Source: Trichodelitschia bisporula | Lineage: Eukaryota | NCBI GenBank assembly: GCA_010356995.1 | Contig: ML996698.1 | Location: 679,923-743,922, forward strand | Direction of reading: 5' to 3' | Length of the DNA: 64,000 nt | Part shown: piece by piece, positions 48,033 to 58,856 of the stretch | Layout of the letters: each line of letters opens with the position of its first letter | Position numbering within the stretch: position 1 is the stretch's first letter | Notes under the pieces: model-generated | The model's input: only the letters and a program-made list of their open reading frames with translations | What the model was told of the DNA's origin: nothing | Database searches by the model: none | Made by a program: the position numbers and the translations under genes

Positions 48033-50284
48033 ATGTCTGAGACTATCGTTTCCTCTGCCACCTCCCCCTCTCTCAATCCCGCCCTCCCCCCCTTATCTCC
48101 GGCCAGCGCGTCCTCGACCACTGCGACCGCCATCCCCTCCACTCCTCTCAACCCCGCCGCCCCCCCCTTTTCTCCGGCCAGCGCGTCCCAGACAGCTGCG
48201 ACCGCCATCCCCTCCCCCCCTCTTACTTCCGCCCTCCCCCCCTTTCCTTCGGCCAGCGCGTCCCAGACCGCTGCGACCGCCATCAAGATGGAGCAGCTGG
48301 GCTCCCCTGATTTCATCGGGGCTCCCTGCTTCGAACAGTCCGGGTGGCTCTCGGACAGTGTAAGCGTTCCCTCCTTGTATGTTTGCTAGGCTAACCATCT
48401 CAGGATTCCGATTCGGATGAGAGTGAGGATGAGGCTACGGCCGAACATGCGGAGGCTCCGGCTGATGATGCAGCTCCTCTCTCGATTCCCCTGACTCTGG
48501 ACGGCGGCATCGCGCAATCGGACGACAACATCTTCGCGGTTTTCGAGTCTGCTTCCTCTCCGGCCTCTTCGGAGGATGATGAGGTCAATGGCTTGACGAG
48601 CAAGTTGGCGTCGCTCCGCTTTGCGCCTGCCGCTGTGGCTCCGGCCATTCCAGTTGTCTCGACCACCCAGATCTCCTCTGGTCCCGACTTCTCCCACATG
48701 AGGATGGCTCCCCCCGACCCCAACGCCCCCATTCCGAAGTTCAAGTGTAACTTCGATTGGGCGGAAGATGTGGAGCACGAGGTCGCTGCTGGCCGGATGC
48801 CGAACCTCATGAACCGTTGGGAGAAGGGTCAGATGCCTCCTCCTCCTCCCCCCGTCAAGCGGTCTTCTCGTCCTGTCCCCGTCGACCAGTCCGCTCCTCC
48901 CGCCCCCGCCAACCGGTCTGCTCGTCCCGTCCCCGTCGACCAGTCCGCTCGTCCCACCCCTGTCTTCGGGCAGCCCAGCAACCCTGCTGCCGCGTCCGCC
49001 GCTCGTCCCACCGGCGCCTTCGGTCAACCTAGCAAGCCTGCTCCTTCGGACAACAGGCCTACTCCCGAGTTCAGCTTTCTTGCTGCTGCGTCCGCTGCTC
49101 CTGCCGCTCCTACCGCTGCTCAGCTTGCTCAGACGCTGGGGTTCAGCTTCCTTGCCGCTGCCGCTACCGCTCCTGTCACTCTTGTTCGCCACAAGAAGCG
49201 CTCTGCCCCTTCGAACACTGATGAGAGCCCTCGTCCTGCTAAGGTCGCTAGGCATGACGTTCGTACGTCTGTCTTCCGGGGTCTTAGCCGCGAGGCTCTC
49301 ATCGACGAGTGTGAGAAGAGCATCGCTGAGGGGTTCAAGCTGGGTGACCAGTTCCGCCCCATTGCGGAGGAGTACGACGCTCTTACGGAGGCTCTTGGCA
49401 TTCGCAGCGTTCCTCAGGTGACTGTCGACCCTGCTCCTGTGGCGTTTGTTCCTGCTGCTCCCAGCCTCAAGCCTTATCAGGATGCTTCTTCTCGTCCCAA
49501 CAAGCGCCGCTCAGAGGCCGGCCATTACGAGAGCGGTCGCCGCAAGGGTGCTAAGGACAACGCGATGCTTTTGCAGTCTCGCGAGGCTCTCCTGGTCTAC
49601 TTAGAGCAATGCGACTACAAGTCCTTCGCCTTGCGCTCTGGGACGCGTAAGGCGAGCGCTGAGGTTGTCCGGTTGAGGGCCTGCATGGCTGCTCGGGCTG
49701 CGCGGGCTTCTCAGGCCGCTACCACTTCGGCTGTTCCTCCTCATCCTCCTCCTCCTCCTCCTCCTCCTCCTACTCCTCCTCCTCCTTCTCCTCCTTCTCC
49801 TCCTCCTCCGGTTCGCAACAACGGTCCTGTCAACAGCATTGAGAAAGATCGCAAGGTCAACTCGTTGAAGACTCGCCGTCGTGCTGCCATCCGCTTTGGC
49901 CCGCTGCCTAGTAAGCTTCGGGCCCGCCTCACTCCTCCTCCTTCTCTTCCTGGCTCGAACAAGAAGATCTCCAAGGCTGCTGGTCGCTGGGCATTCCCTC
50001 CCTCCGTCAAGCGTCTTGCTGGTGGTCCTCCTGTCATGTTCGATCCTTCTGTCTGCGACAGCGGTTTGGACAGCGGCAGCTCGGGCTCGGAGGGTTCTCC
50101 TCCCCGTCCGATCAACATGATCAAGATCCGCCGTCGCGCTGCCATCCTCTTCGCTCCTATGCCTCGCCAGCTTAGGGCCCGCCTCGCCCCTCCCCCTTCC
50201 TTCAAAGGCGCTGCTAAGACCATCTCTAGGGCTGCTCGTCGCTGGGCGTTTCCGTGCGGGACCAAGCCTGCTTCGTTCACCTAG
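48033..50284 (+). CDS. Orphan Pro/Ala/Ser/Arg-rich protein with internal repeats (~735 aa, 2 exons)
   Basis: Exon 1 is 48033-48359. The intron 48360-48403 (GTAAGC...GCTAAC...CAG) joins it in frame to the long ORF ending at 50284. Codons end strongly in T/C. No recognisable domain. Confidence 0.7.
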
Positions 50285-50387
50285 TTGGTGGGGGCTCTTG
50301 TTTAGAAGCATCGCCTCTGGCTTTAAGGTTGGTCTTTGGTAGATGGAATACAATGATAATGGATTTGCTTTGAACCACTGATGCATA

Positions 50388-50950
50388 TTGAGTGATTAAC
50401 TACAGGCATATCATGTAAATACGTCAACAACACTTGATCACTAGTATACTCGACCGCAACCCCCTCCTCTCCCCCATTCCCCTTCCCCCTCATTGTAACA
50501 TCCGTCCCTCAAGTATTGACAACTTCAAAACTTTTGCAGTCAAATCTCACGTTTCGCTAATTCCCACTTCATCATTTTATTGAGTAATAAACCACAGGCA
50601 CATCGCGTATATACGTCAACAACACTTGATTACTTGTCTATTCGCCGGCCCCCTCCCCCTCCCCCTCACCACCGCACTCGCTTCCTTCGCTTCAGTATGA
50701 CTTCCGTCCCTTAGGTATTGACAACTTCCAAACTCTTGCCGTCAAATCTCACGTTTTGATATTCCCCACTTCATCATTCCGTTGAGTGATTTGCCACAAC
50801 ATCGCGCACATCTGTCAGCAGCACTTATTTACTGGTTTATTCGACCGCCCCCCCCCCAATTCTCGGTCAAACTTCCGTCCCTCAGGTATTATCAACTTCC
50901 AAATTTATACAGTCAAAACTCATGCCTCGCTATTTCCCATTTCATTATTC
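50388..50950. repeat. Three diverged tandem copies of a ~170-200 bp unit
   Basis: Units start TTGAGT at 50388, 50580 and 50782. They share TCA(A/G)CA(A/G)CACTT, a C-tract, TCCGTCCCT...GTATT..CAACTTC and GTCAAA.CTCA...CCCA.TTCAT.ATT. Confidence 0.9.
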
Positions 50951-51823
50951 ATATTTGCACCTATGTGATGATGCCTCTCAATGCCACCAACTTCGAGATG
51001 TTGCAGCTCAATATATCTACCAGATGCCCCGCTGCCAAGCCCTTCCACATTCGGGCATCTCTGCAACTCTGACCCAGCCCAAACACAGAAGCATCCTTCC
51101 ACCAACTACCCAACATCCCAAAAGCACACAACATATCCATAGATCTGTCATTCCGTATAGTAAGCTATATCCGCCCGTCACCCACCCGTTTCACCTCCTC
51201 ACCGCATCGGCAACTCCCCCCTCCGCCCTTCCGCAGGGATCCCAAACAACGCCACCCCCTGCTCCAGCCAACCACCCCTCCCCCCCATCCCAGCCGCGCA
51301 TCTGGCACAAAGCTTGTCCCACAACCCGCCCAGGCCCAACCCAACCCCTCCAACCCACATACGTCCTAATAACAGCGGACCGCGCAACATGCACTCCGTC
51401 AAACACTCCCCGTCACCTGTCGCGGGGGGCTCAAACGCTCCCAGACACCAAACATGTTTGCAGGGCGATGAAAGGGCCAAGGGGCCAAGCGCCGTTTCGC
51501 GCGCTCGGCGAACCGCTGCGAGGCTGAAGTACGTACCGCCCCGCCCGGGCGAGCGTTGGGCAAGCCGCCGGATGGCCCGCCTTCCGACCATCATGTTTCC
51601 CGCCCACAGACTCCCTCGTCCCGTCTTGCTATTTCTGCCCACCGCCGTTACCTCCGGCCTGCCACTGTTGGCTGAAACGGGGCACCCACGGCCGCACGCA
51701 ACGCGCGACTCCTCAAACAACTCGTGTGCCCAGACTTGGGTCCCGCGCGCCGGGTTCGCCATCCGTCGGAAGATTTGCAGACGTGGGCCATGGGATGTGG
51801 GGAATCGCGCGAGGCTCGGCGGG

Positions 51824-51830
51824 TATATAA
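51824..51830 (+). promoter_or_regulatory. TATA box of the cupredoxin gene
   Basis: TATATAA about 235 bp upstream of the ATG, followed by a CT-rich leader. Confidence 0.55.
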
Positions 51831-52060
51831 GACGGCGGGCCAAGGCTGGAGAATTGCTTGTCTTCACCCATCAGCCTTTCACTCGATCTCTACAGCATCC
51901 CTTCAGTTTTCTTCGCTTCGGCTTGCTGCTGTGCAGTTTTTATCTTCGCTTCCAGGCACCGGTTGCTCACTCTTTTGATCCAATATCCACTCTTTTGCCA
52001 GCCCAATCCAACCCCACCACTCCTTAACCCACCAACCCCACCACCGACAACCAAGTCAAA

Positions 52061-52886
52061 ATGCACTCCTTCACCCTCGCCACCCTCCTGGCCCCGGCCG
52101 TCCTCGCCGCAAACATGCAAGTCATAGTCGGCGCCAACAACCAGCTCACCTTCACGCCCAACACCCTCACCGCCCAGCCCGGCGACACCGTGCAATTCAT
52201 GTTCGCCTTCCAGAACCACACCGTCACCTCCGGTGTCCCAGGCCAGGGCTGCGTGCCCTCGGGCCAATTCTTCTCGGGCTTCGTGCCGGCCCCGGGCGTC
52301 GCCCCTGCTGCACCGGCTGCGAGCGCCGCTGCGGGCGCAGGAGGGAAGGCGGGCAAGGCGGGCGGCGCGGCGGGCGCAAAGGCCCAGGGCGGGAACGGGC
52401 GCTGGAGCATCGACAAGCGTGCTGGGCTGCCGAGCTTCACGGTGCCGATTCGCGACACGAAGCCTATCACTATCTACTGTTCGGCCGCGCAGCATTGCCA
52501 GTCGGGCATGGTTATGGTTATCAACCCGACGCAGCAGGTAAGTTTCGCCACAGCTTTCAACGTTCGATGGATGAGTGCTAATTGCTGGACAGGGTGCTAC
52601 GTCCCTGGTTGCGTACCAGCAGGTCTGCGCGAAGGCGAAGATCAATGGCGTGCCGAAGACCGGGCCGACGGGTGGCCAGCTGGCGAATTTGCTGAGGACG
52701 ACGCCGGCGACTGGTGCTGGTGCTGGGACGGCGAAGGGGCAGGGGCAGAAGGGTGCTGGTGCCGGTGCCGGTGCGGCGAAGGGTTGTGGACAGAAGGGCG
52801 CGGCTGCCGGTGCCGGTGTGGGCCAGCAGAAGGGCGCCGGGCAGGCGAAGGGCTGGTGGCGCGGCCAGGGCCGGTGGAACAACTGA
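52061..52886 (+). CDS. Secreted cupredoxin-like protein (2 exons)
   Basis: Signal peptide; LTFTPNTLTAQPGDTVQFMF; NHTVT; YCSAAQHCQSGMVMVINP supplies a His/Cys/His/Met type-1 copper ligand pattern. Intron 52538-52592. Start context CAAAATG. Confidence 0.88.
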
Positions 52887-54122
52887 TTGCACTGATCGGT
52901 TGTTGAATGGCATGGCCGCTGGGCTTTGCATGGAGTGGATTTGGAAGTGAGCGTTTTAAGGCAGATCGGCTGCAGGCTGGTCGGTCAGTCGACTTCTTTT
53001 GCATCTTCGGCTTTTTGGTCGGCGTGTACTTTTAGGGCATTATCATTAAAATTGGGTGCTGAGCTGCATCTTCGGAGTTCATGATTGTGCCGAGTAGTAT
53101 GTGGTGGTCGGGATGTTTGTGTGGCGGTGCGGGTGCTGGGGTGGCGCGAGGCTGAGGCGCTCGAGCCGCCATGGGGAGGGAGTGTTGCATGTCATGTTTC
53201 GGAAGAGAATTGGCGCCCAGTGCAACCGGATGGCTGAGGACCGGAATTGGAGAGGATGAATGTGTTTGCTTATGGCATTGAGTGCCGTCTTCTTCGACAT
53301 GTCGACCTGCACTGGGAGGTTACGGTCACTGACGACATGGGGAGGTGGGCTGAAAGACTCCTGAAACCCAAAAGCCGGAGGGATAATGACGTTGAACAAA
53401 GTGAGAAGAGTCCAGGAACAGAAGGTCCATTGTGAGGAATGGTTATCGACCGAGACGTGCTATGCTTGCGGAGAGTCCAAGGGGTTCGTGAGCCGCGTTC
53501 AGAGTTGCGGTCCCCTTGGTCCTTCGAAAGCGAACAAATGAGGTAGATCTCCACCACTCTTCCACCAACCACCCTCTGATGATGGAATAACCCATTTATG
53601 AGTCCTTTGAACCACAGGAACTACTCCTCAGACCTTAGATATCATCACTGGGGCCAAAATATGTGTTATTTGGCCAACCACGTGATTCCGCCTATTTTAG
53701 TCACGTGAATGACACAGGGGCTCGGGGTGGTGAAAAGGGTGAAATGGGCCTGGCCCTTGCAATGAATGAGCAGCCTCAACTTTGGATTTCATATGGGAAG
53801 CCTTCCAAACTATCCTTTCCATGCCTATTTCGGGGCTCAGTGTGCTTGACCAGCACCGGACCGAGCAGTCCCACCGGAAAGGTGATCCAAGCAGACCAGG
53901 CTGAGCGGAGTTGCAGCGGACTAATAAAGCACGGTCAAATGGTCCCACAGATGATTCGTTAAGGCGCTACCCATCTAGATCTACGTCTAAGTACATACAT
54001 GTTCCTTCAACTCGACCATTTGACGGCCTTAATATACAAACGCTGACATAGTCACGGACACATCACACTGCACTGCTATTACACATTACTTCCTCCTCAC
54101 AAGCAACCCAAAGGCCGTTCCA

Positions 54123-57100
54123 TCATTTCAAAGTGAGCCGGGCCGCCATTTCAAGGCAACGCAGTCTCTCCCGCTCCGTATCCTCATGGGTCACAAATAA
54201 ATCCTGGGTGCTAAGAACCCCCTCTTCGCCTTGGTACAAAGCGTTACCCTGTTTGTCTCCGCTCTTCCCAGGTTCCTCAGGCAAGGACCAATCTGACGGA
54301 GTCATGTTCGGCCAGTTGATCGTACTCTGCACACGCGGATTGAACAACGAGGGCCTGTGCTCCGCAAGCATAGCATCGATTAGCCCAATAGACGTCTCCG
54401 GAGAGACTGGGCTGCTCGAGGATGACCGGTCCGGAGTCTCCTCGCCAGACGAAGCGCGAAGCGAAGCACGAGGTAAACCGACACATGATTCATAGCCATG
54501 GGCCGACCACTGCACGATGTCGCCGTTTCGCGGCGACCGGCTGACCAGCTGCGGAGAGCTTGCGGCACGACGTGCAATGCTTACCGGCCTGTCCGAGGAG
54601 TCTTCCTTCTGGCCATCGATGTTGGAAGGTAGCTTGGATATACTCATGCTCCGATGCATCCTCCGCATTTCCATGTTATTGCTATTGTCAAGCGCCTCAT
54701 CGTCCGGATGCTCCTGGATGGGCGATGCAGCAAACATAGGCGGTAGGATCTCCAGCTCTGGATGCGCCAATTTTCCGCTCGCACTGACGCTCGAACGATG
54801 GCCTTTCCCATGGCTAAAAAACTCCACACTGGGTGAACGGAAGAGACGAGCATAATTCTTCAAAAAGCTTTTCCCCATGGACATGCTACGGCTGGCTGGC
54901 CCCATTTTCTTCTTCTTCTTGCGAGCCGTCCTGGAGCCTTCCGTGCTGGAAGAATCATTCGCTATGTTAGCAGGGTTGATATCGAAGGCAAAATCCCGAG
55001 CCTCAACCTTATCCTTGGCTCCAGCACTGCCAGTGCGTTTAGCGCGAGTGTGGCTCGGATAGCGGCTCCAGGATCCCATTTCCACTTCCTCTTCTGTGTC
55101 ATCTGCTGCCATCTCGGCTGTCTCTGAACAAATGGTTTCCAGAGTCGCTGCCGTTGTAATGGTCCGAAATGACGAAGTCCGCCGTTCCGACAAGGCACGA
55201 TCTGGCTTGAGGAACCCATCTGTGCTGGGAGTCCATTCTGATGGCCCTGCGGCGGTCTCTCCCGGAGCAAGAGTAACAGACGACAGTCTATCCCTGAACT
55301 GAGACGGCTCACTTCCGGAAAATGAAGGGTTCAAGAATTCGGGCTTAAGGTACTGGGTACTGACAGTACGCCGAGGCTCATCGGTGGGTGGAAAGTCGTC
55401 ATACGCAGGCCGCTTTCCAGCTCTAACGGACATAGCCCGGCTTGGTGCGGCAATTGAGGCGCTCCGCAGCCGAGCACTCGAAGTCGCAGCTTGGTCCTTG
55501 TTAGCAGGTAAGAAGAGAGCTGACTTTTCGTTCTGCTGCTTGATGACGGCCTTCGCCATGAGTCCAGTTGCATTCTGATGGTCTGACAAGGCTCTCGCGC
55601 GCTGCACTCTCCGTGGCTCATCGATGGAACCATCCAAGGTTGAGAGACTCTCTTTAGCCCTCTTTGCCTTGGCCGACTTGGACTGGAAACGACCGAACAT
55701 CGAATCTGTCTTGCGTGACTTCCTGGAAGTAAGAGTTCCAAACTCTTCCTTGAAACGACTGCTCTTGCTGCCATTGCTGACCTTGCTGAGGTTGCTCGTG
55801 CTTGCACCGGGGGCCTGTGCTTCGGTCTTGATGGCAGTGTTGCCGCCGTAGTTCGACTGCTCCTGGGTGGTGACGTTTTCATTATGGCCTGTCTCTGCAG
55901 GAGTGTCGGCGACAATGTCTGCGGGAGCGCTTACGGGGATATTTGCAAGAGCATCTGCCGAACCGTCTGTCGGACCGATTGCCGGTGCGGGGAAAGCCTG
56001 CGATATGCATAGTTTGGATGAATCCGTGCTTGTGAGCGGCTCATGGTTTGAGTACACAGACGACGAGTCGTCCCGAACAACATTTCCCCACTCCTCTGGA
56101 ACCTCACCACTGGCGAAACCAGAGCTCGACGTTCTCCCCTCACGGCTCGACACTTGAGTGATCGGCCCCGCATCAGCCGTGCTCGAGCCAGGAATGGTCA
56201 GGCATGGGGCAGGAATGGCCAGGCTCGGACCCGCATTGGCCATCACCAGCGACATACCGGGGAAGACTGGAGTCGCTGGGCGTGTGGGCCTGTAGCTTGA
56301 AAGCGAGTCAGAACGCAGGCGTCGAGAAATGTCCATGTTCCAGAGATGAATAGATTGCTGGGACGATGACGTAGGCCTCGCGTTATTTGAACTATCGCCA
56401 GTCTCGTCATGAGTTCCTACTCGAAGACTCATGCGCTTTGCCTCCATGGACAGGCTCGAACGGAAATGGTTCTCGGTAGTATACCCGGACACACCGGCAG
56501 TTTGCACCCTCTCTTTGGACTTCAGCTGGTCCTTCAGCAGGGCTGGCTTAGGTTGCGAAGGTCCTGGGATATCGCTAACAGGAGGCGACGTCGATCCCTT
56601 TTGCATACTCTCTAGCATACTCTCCAGCACCGAAGTCTTCCACTGGTCGGTTCCGGAGTCACGGGCGATGAAACTCGGCAAGCGGAGATTCTGGACAGCC
56701 GGCATGCTTACGATAGAGGACTCCGAATGCGACCGGCGTACGTGGCGCTTGAAAGTTCCATCACGGGTTGGGCTTATCGAAGTTGATGTCCGCTTATGTC
56801 TACCAACATCAGCCCCGATCCTCACCGTCCTGGAGCTCTTACCTGTCAGTGGCCGTGGGCAATGTGGACGGCCATTGAACCTCCTGGATGCCTGGCCGAG
56901 TGCGAGCCTTGCGACCGCGGACAGGGGACGCTTCGATGGCATCCGGATTCTCGTTAGGGTACACCATGATCGGTGCGTCAAGGTCGTAACCCCCCAACTC
57001 GGGACCATCGCTGCTGAGAAGATTCTTCCTAATCTCTCCTTTTGTGCGCTGGACGTTGTCGTGATGCTGTTCAGCTTCGAGATTTGGCTTGGGCTTGCTC

Positions 57101-57390
57101 TTGTTGCTGAGGAATCCATGACGAAAAACAGCGGTAAGGCGTAAGGACATGCTGGACTTCTTCTTGTCCATTACGGGAGCTTCATCTTTCACGCCACCTA
57201 CACTCTCGAAGATCCGTTGAACATCGCGTAACTCATCCGTCCGGACACTAGTGAACCTCGAATCTCCCGCCGGATCCTTGGGCGGGCTTTTGGTCAACTT
57301 CTCCCGGACATGAGGAGGGTTCACCGGCCTAGGGTTGGGTAAGGCAGGCGAATCCGACCGCGGAGCACTTATGCAGCACGCCATGTTCAT
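54123..57390 (-). CDS. Large Ser-rich, largely disordered hypothetical protein (2 exons)
   Basis: Exon 1 MNMACCISAP...TATDR splices (GTAAGA...CTGAT...TAG) into the long ORF. Local motif-like blocks WSRYPSHTRAKRTGSAG..D.V..RDFA and GKGHRSSVSASGKLAHPELEIL. Confidence 0.75.
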
Positions 57391-58856
57391 GGCGGCAGCT
57401 CGAAACGAAAGACGATGCTCAGAGCTGGAATTCAGATGAACTTGAAATGGGACATGTAGGTTTGGGGATGATGAGAGGAGAACATTTTGGACAAACGACA
57501 CTCGCACGCCCATCCTGTGTGGGTTCGGACGAGGAAGGAACCCACGAAAGGGTCGGCACCGCCTTCAGAAGGAGCAACCTAACCACCGCCATTGAATGCT
57601 TGAGACCCATTCAATGGCGCTCTGTGAGACAGGCAACATCGGCAGCTTTTCAAGCTTCTCCGTGACGCTGAAAATGGCGACGATATCCCGGCGCCCCCTT
57701 TGCCAACTCGCTCAAACGGCCGGATGCGTACTGATACTGCAATGATGTTCAACGGTACCCCCTCTGACACAGTTTATGAAGCTTTGATGTTGGCGAGGGT
57801 GGTTAGTTCAGTCCATATATCCGTAAGGGGAGAATTTCATCGCGTGAATCTCGAGAAAGATCCATACCGACGAAGAATGCGCCGTATGAGCCTGACAGTG
57901 GATATTCTGGCAATAACCTCTACAAATACATTCAGTCATCATCATTGCTCTTGCTTCCTCGTTTCTCGCCGCCGCGACTATCATGTGCAATTATACCCAA
58001 GCGGAATATTGGTGACACCTAATCAGCCAGCCTCCCTTCATGAAGAAGGAACGACTTAGGCATGCCCCACACGGTCTCCGCCATGGGGGTTTAAGTCAGG
58101 CAGATTAAGCCATATCTTATCATTCCATCCCGCCGGGCTCAAGGTGCGCACCTAGCAGCCGGGAGATCCAGTCAGCTAGGCAGCGAAGCTTGCATGTACA
58201 TTTTCAGAGCGATTTGCGTCCTCTTCAAAAGAACAGCCTGCTTTGAATTCTGAAGGGCATACTTGAACAGAGGTTGATTCAAGCCTGGGCGGTTGTTGCG
58301 TGAGGCTTGGAGGGTTGGTGCTTGTTCGTCTCCGATCACAGGTTAGCCCACGTTGGTGGAGCGAGTGTTTGCCATAGTCTCGGGACGAAGTCCACACCAG
58401 CCTTCCTCAGCACGGACACATCCCAAGTCACACAGCAAGAACTCAGTCGTCATCATCATCTCAGCAGAGGCCGAAGCCCCCTATCAATTTCCCTATCACT
58501 GTTACGCTACGCCCCAGTGTTGAAGACTTGGGTATCTAGAACTTTTCCCTGTCGTAACGTTTTCCCACATAACTGCCCCCATCACTCCTAAGCCAGCTGT
58601 CAGACAGCTCATATCCACATAGAGCCCGGTTGAATCGGGCCGCATAACTTTTTGAGCAAAAAAACCGGAACACCCCCGTGTGCTACCATCGTCACGAGAA
58701 GAATATCATGACTCTGCGTGCTGAATTCACAAACGCCAATGTTGAGATGGCCTCATGAATATCTGACCCGGCCAATATGCAATGTTGAAACACACGTGTT
58801 GAAAGTTAAAAACCCTAGCGAAGAAAGACAGCGGCAGCGATGTTAGGATGCTGCGC

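Noticed and set aside
48386..50386. Long antisense ORFs over the orphan gene, suggesting an ambigrammatic virus-like sequence
   Set aside because: They are explained by the A-poor sense codons. The antisense frame is interrupted, no RdRp motifs are present, and the sense gene has a spliceosomal intron.
50388..50950. CRISPR-like array
   Set aside because: The context is eukaryotic, the units are ~190 bp and similar along most of their length, and there are no unique spacers or cas genes.
52538..52906. Cys/Trp-rich C-terminus of the 281-aa unspliced cupredoxin ORF
   Set aside because: It arises only by reading through a canonical intron (GTAAGT...GCTAAT...CAG) into a shifted frame of GGTGCY repeats.
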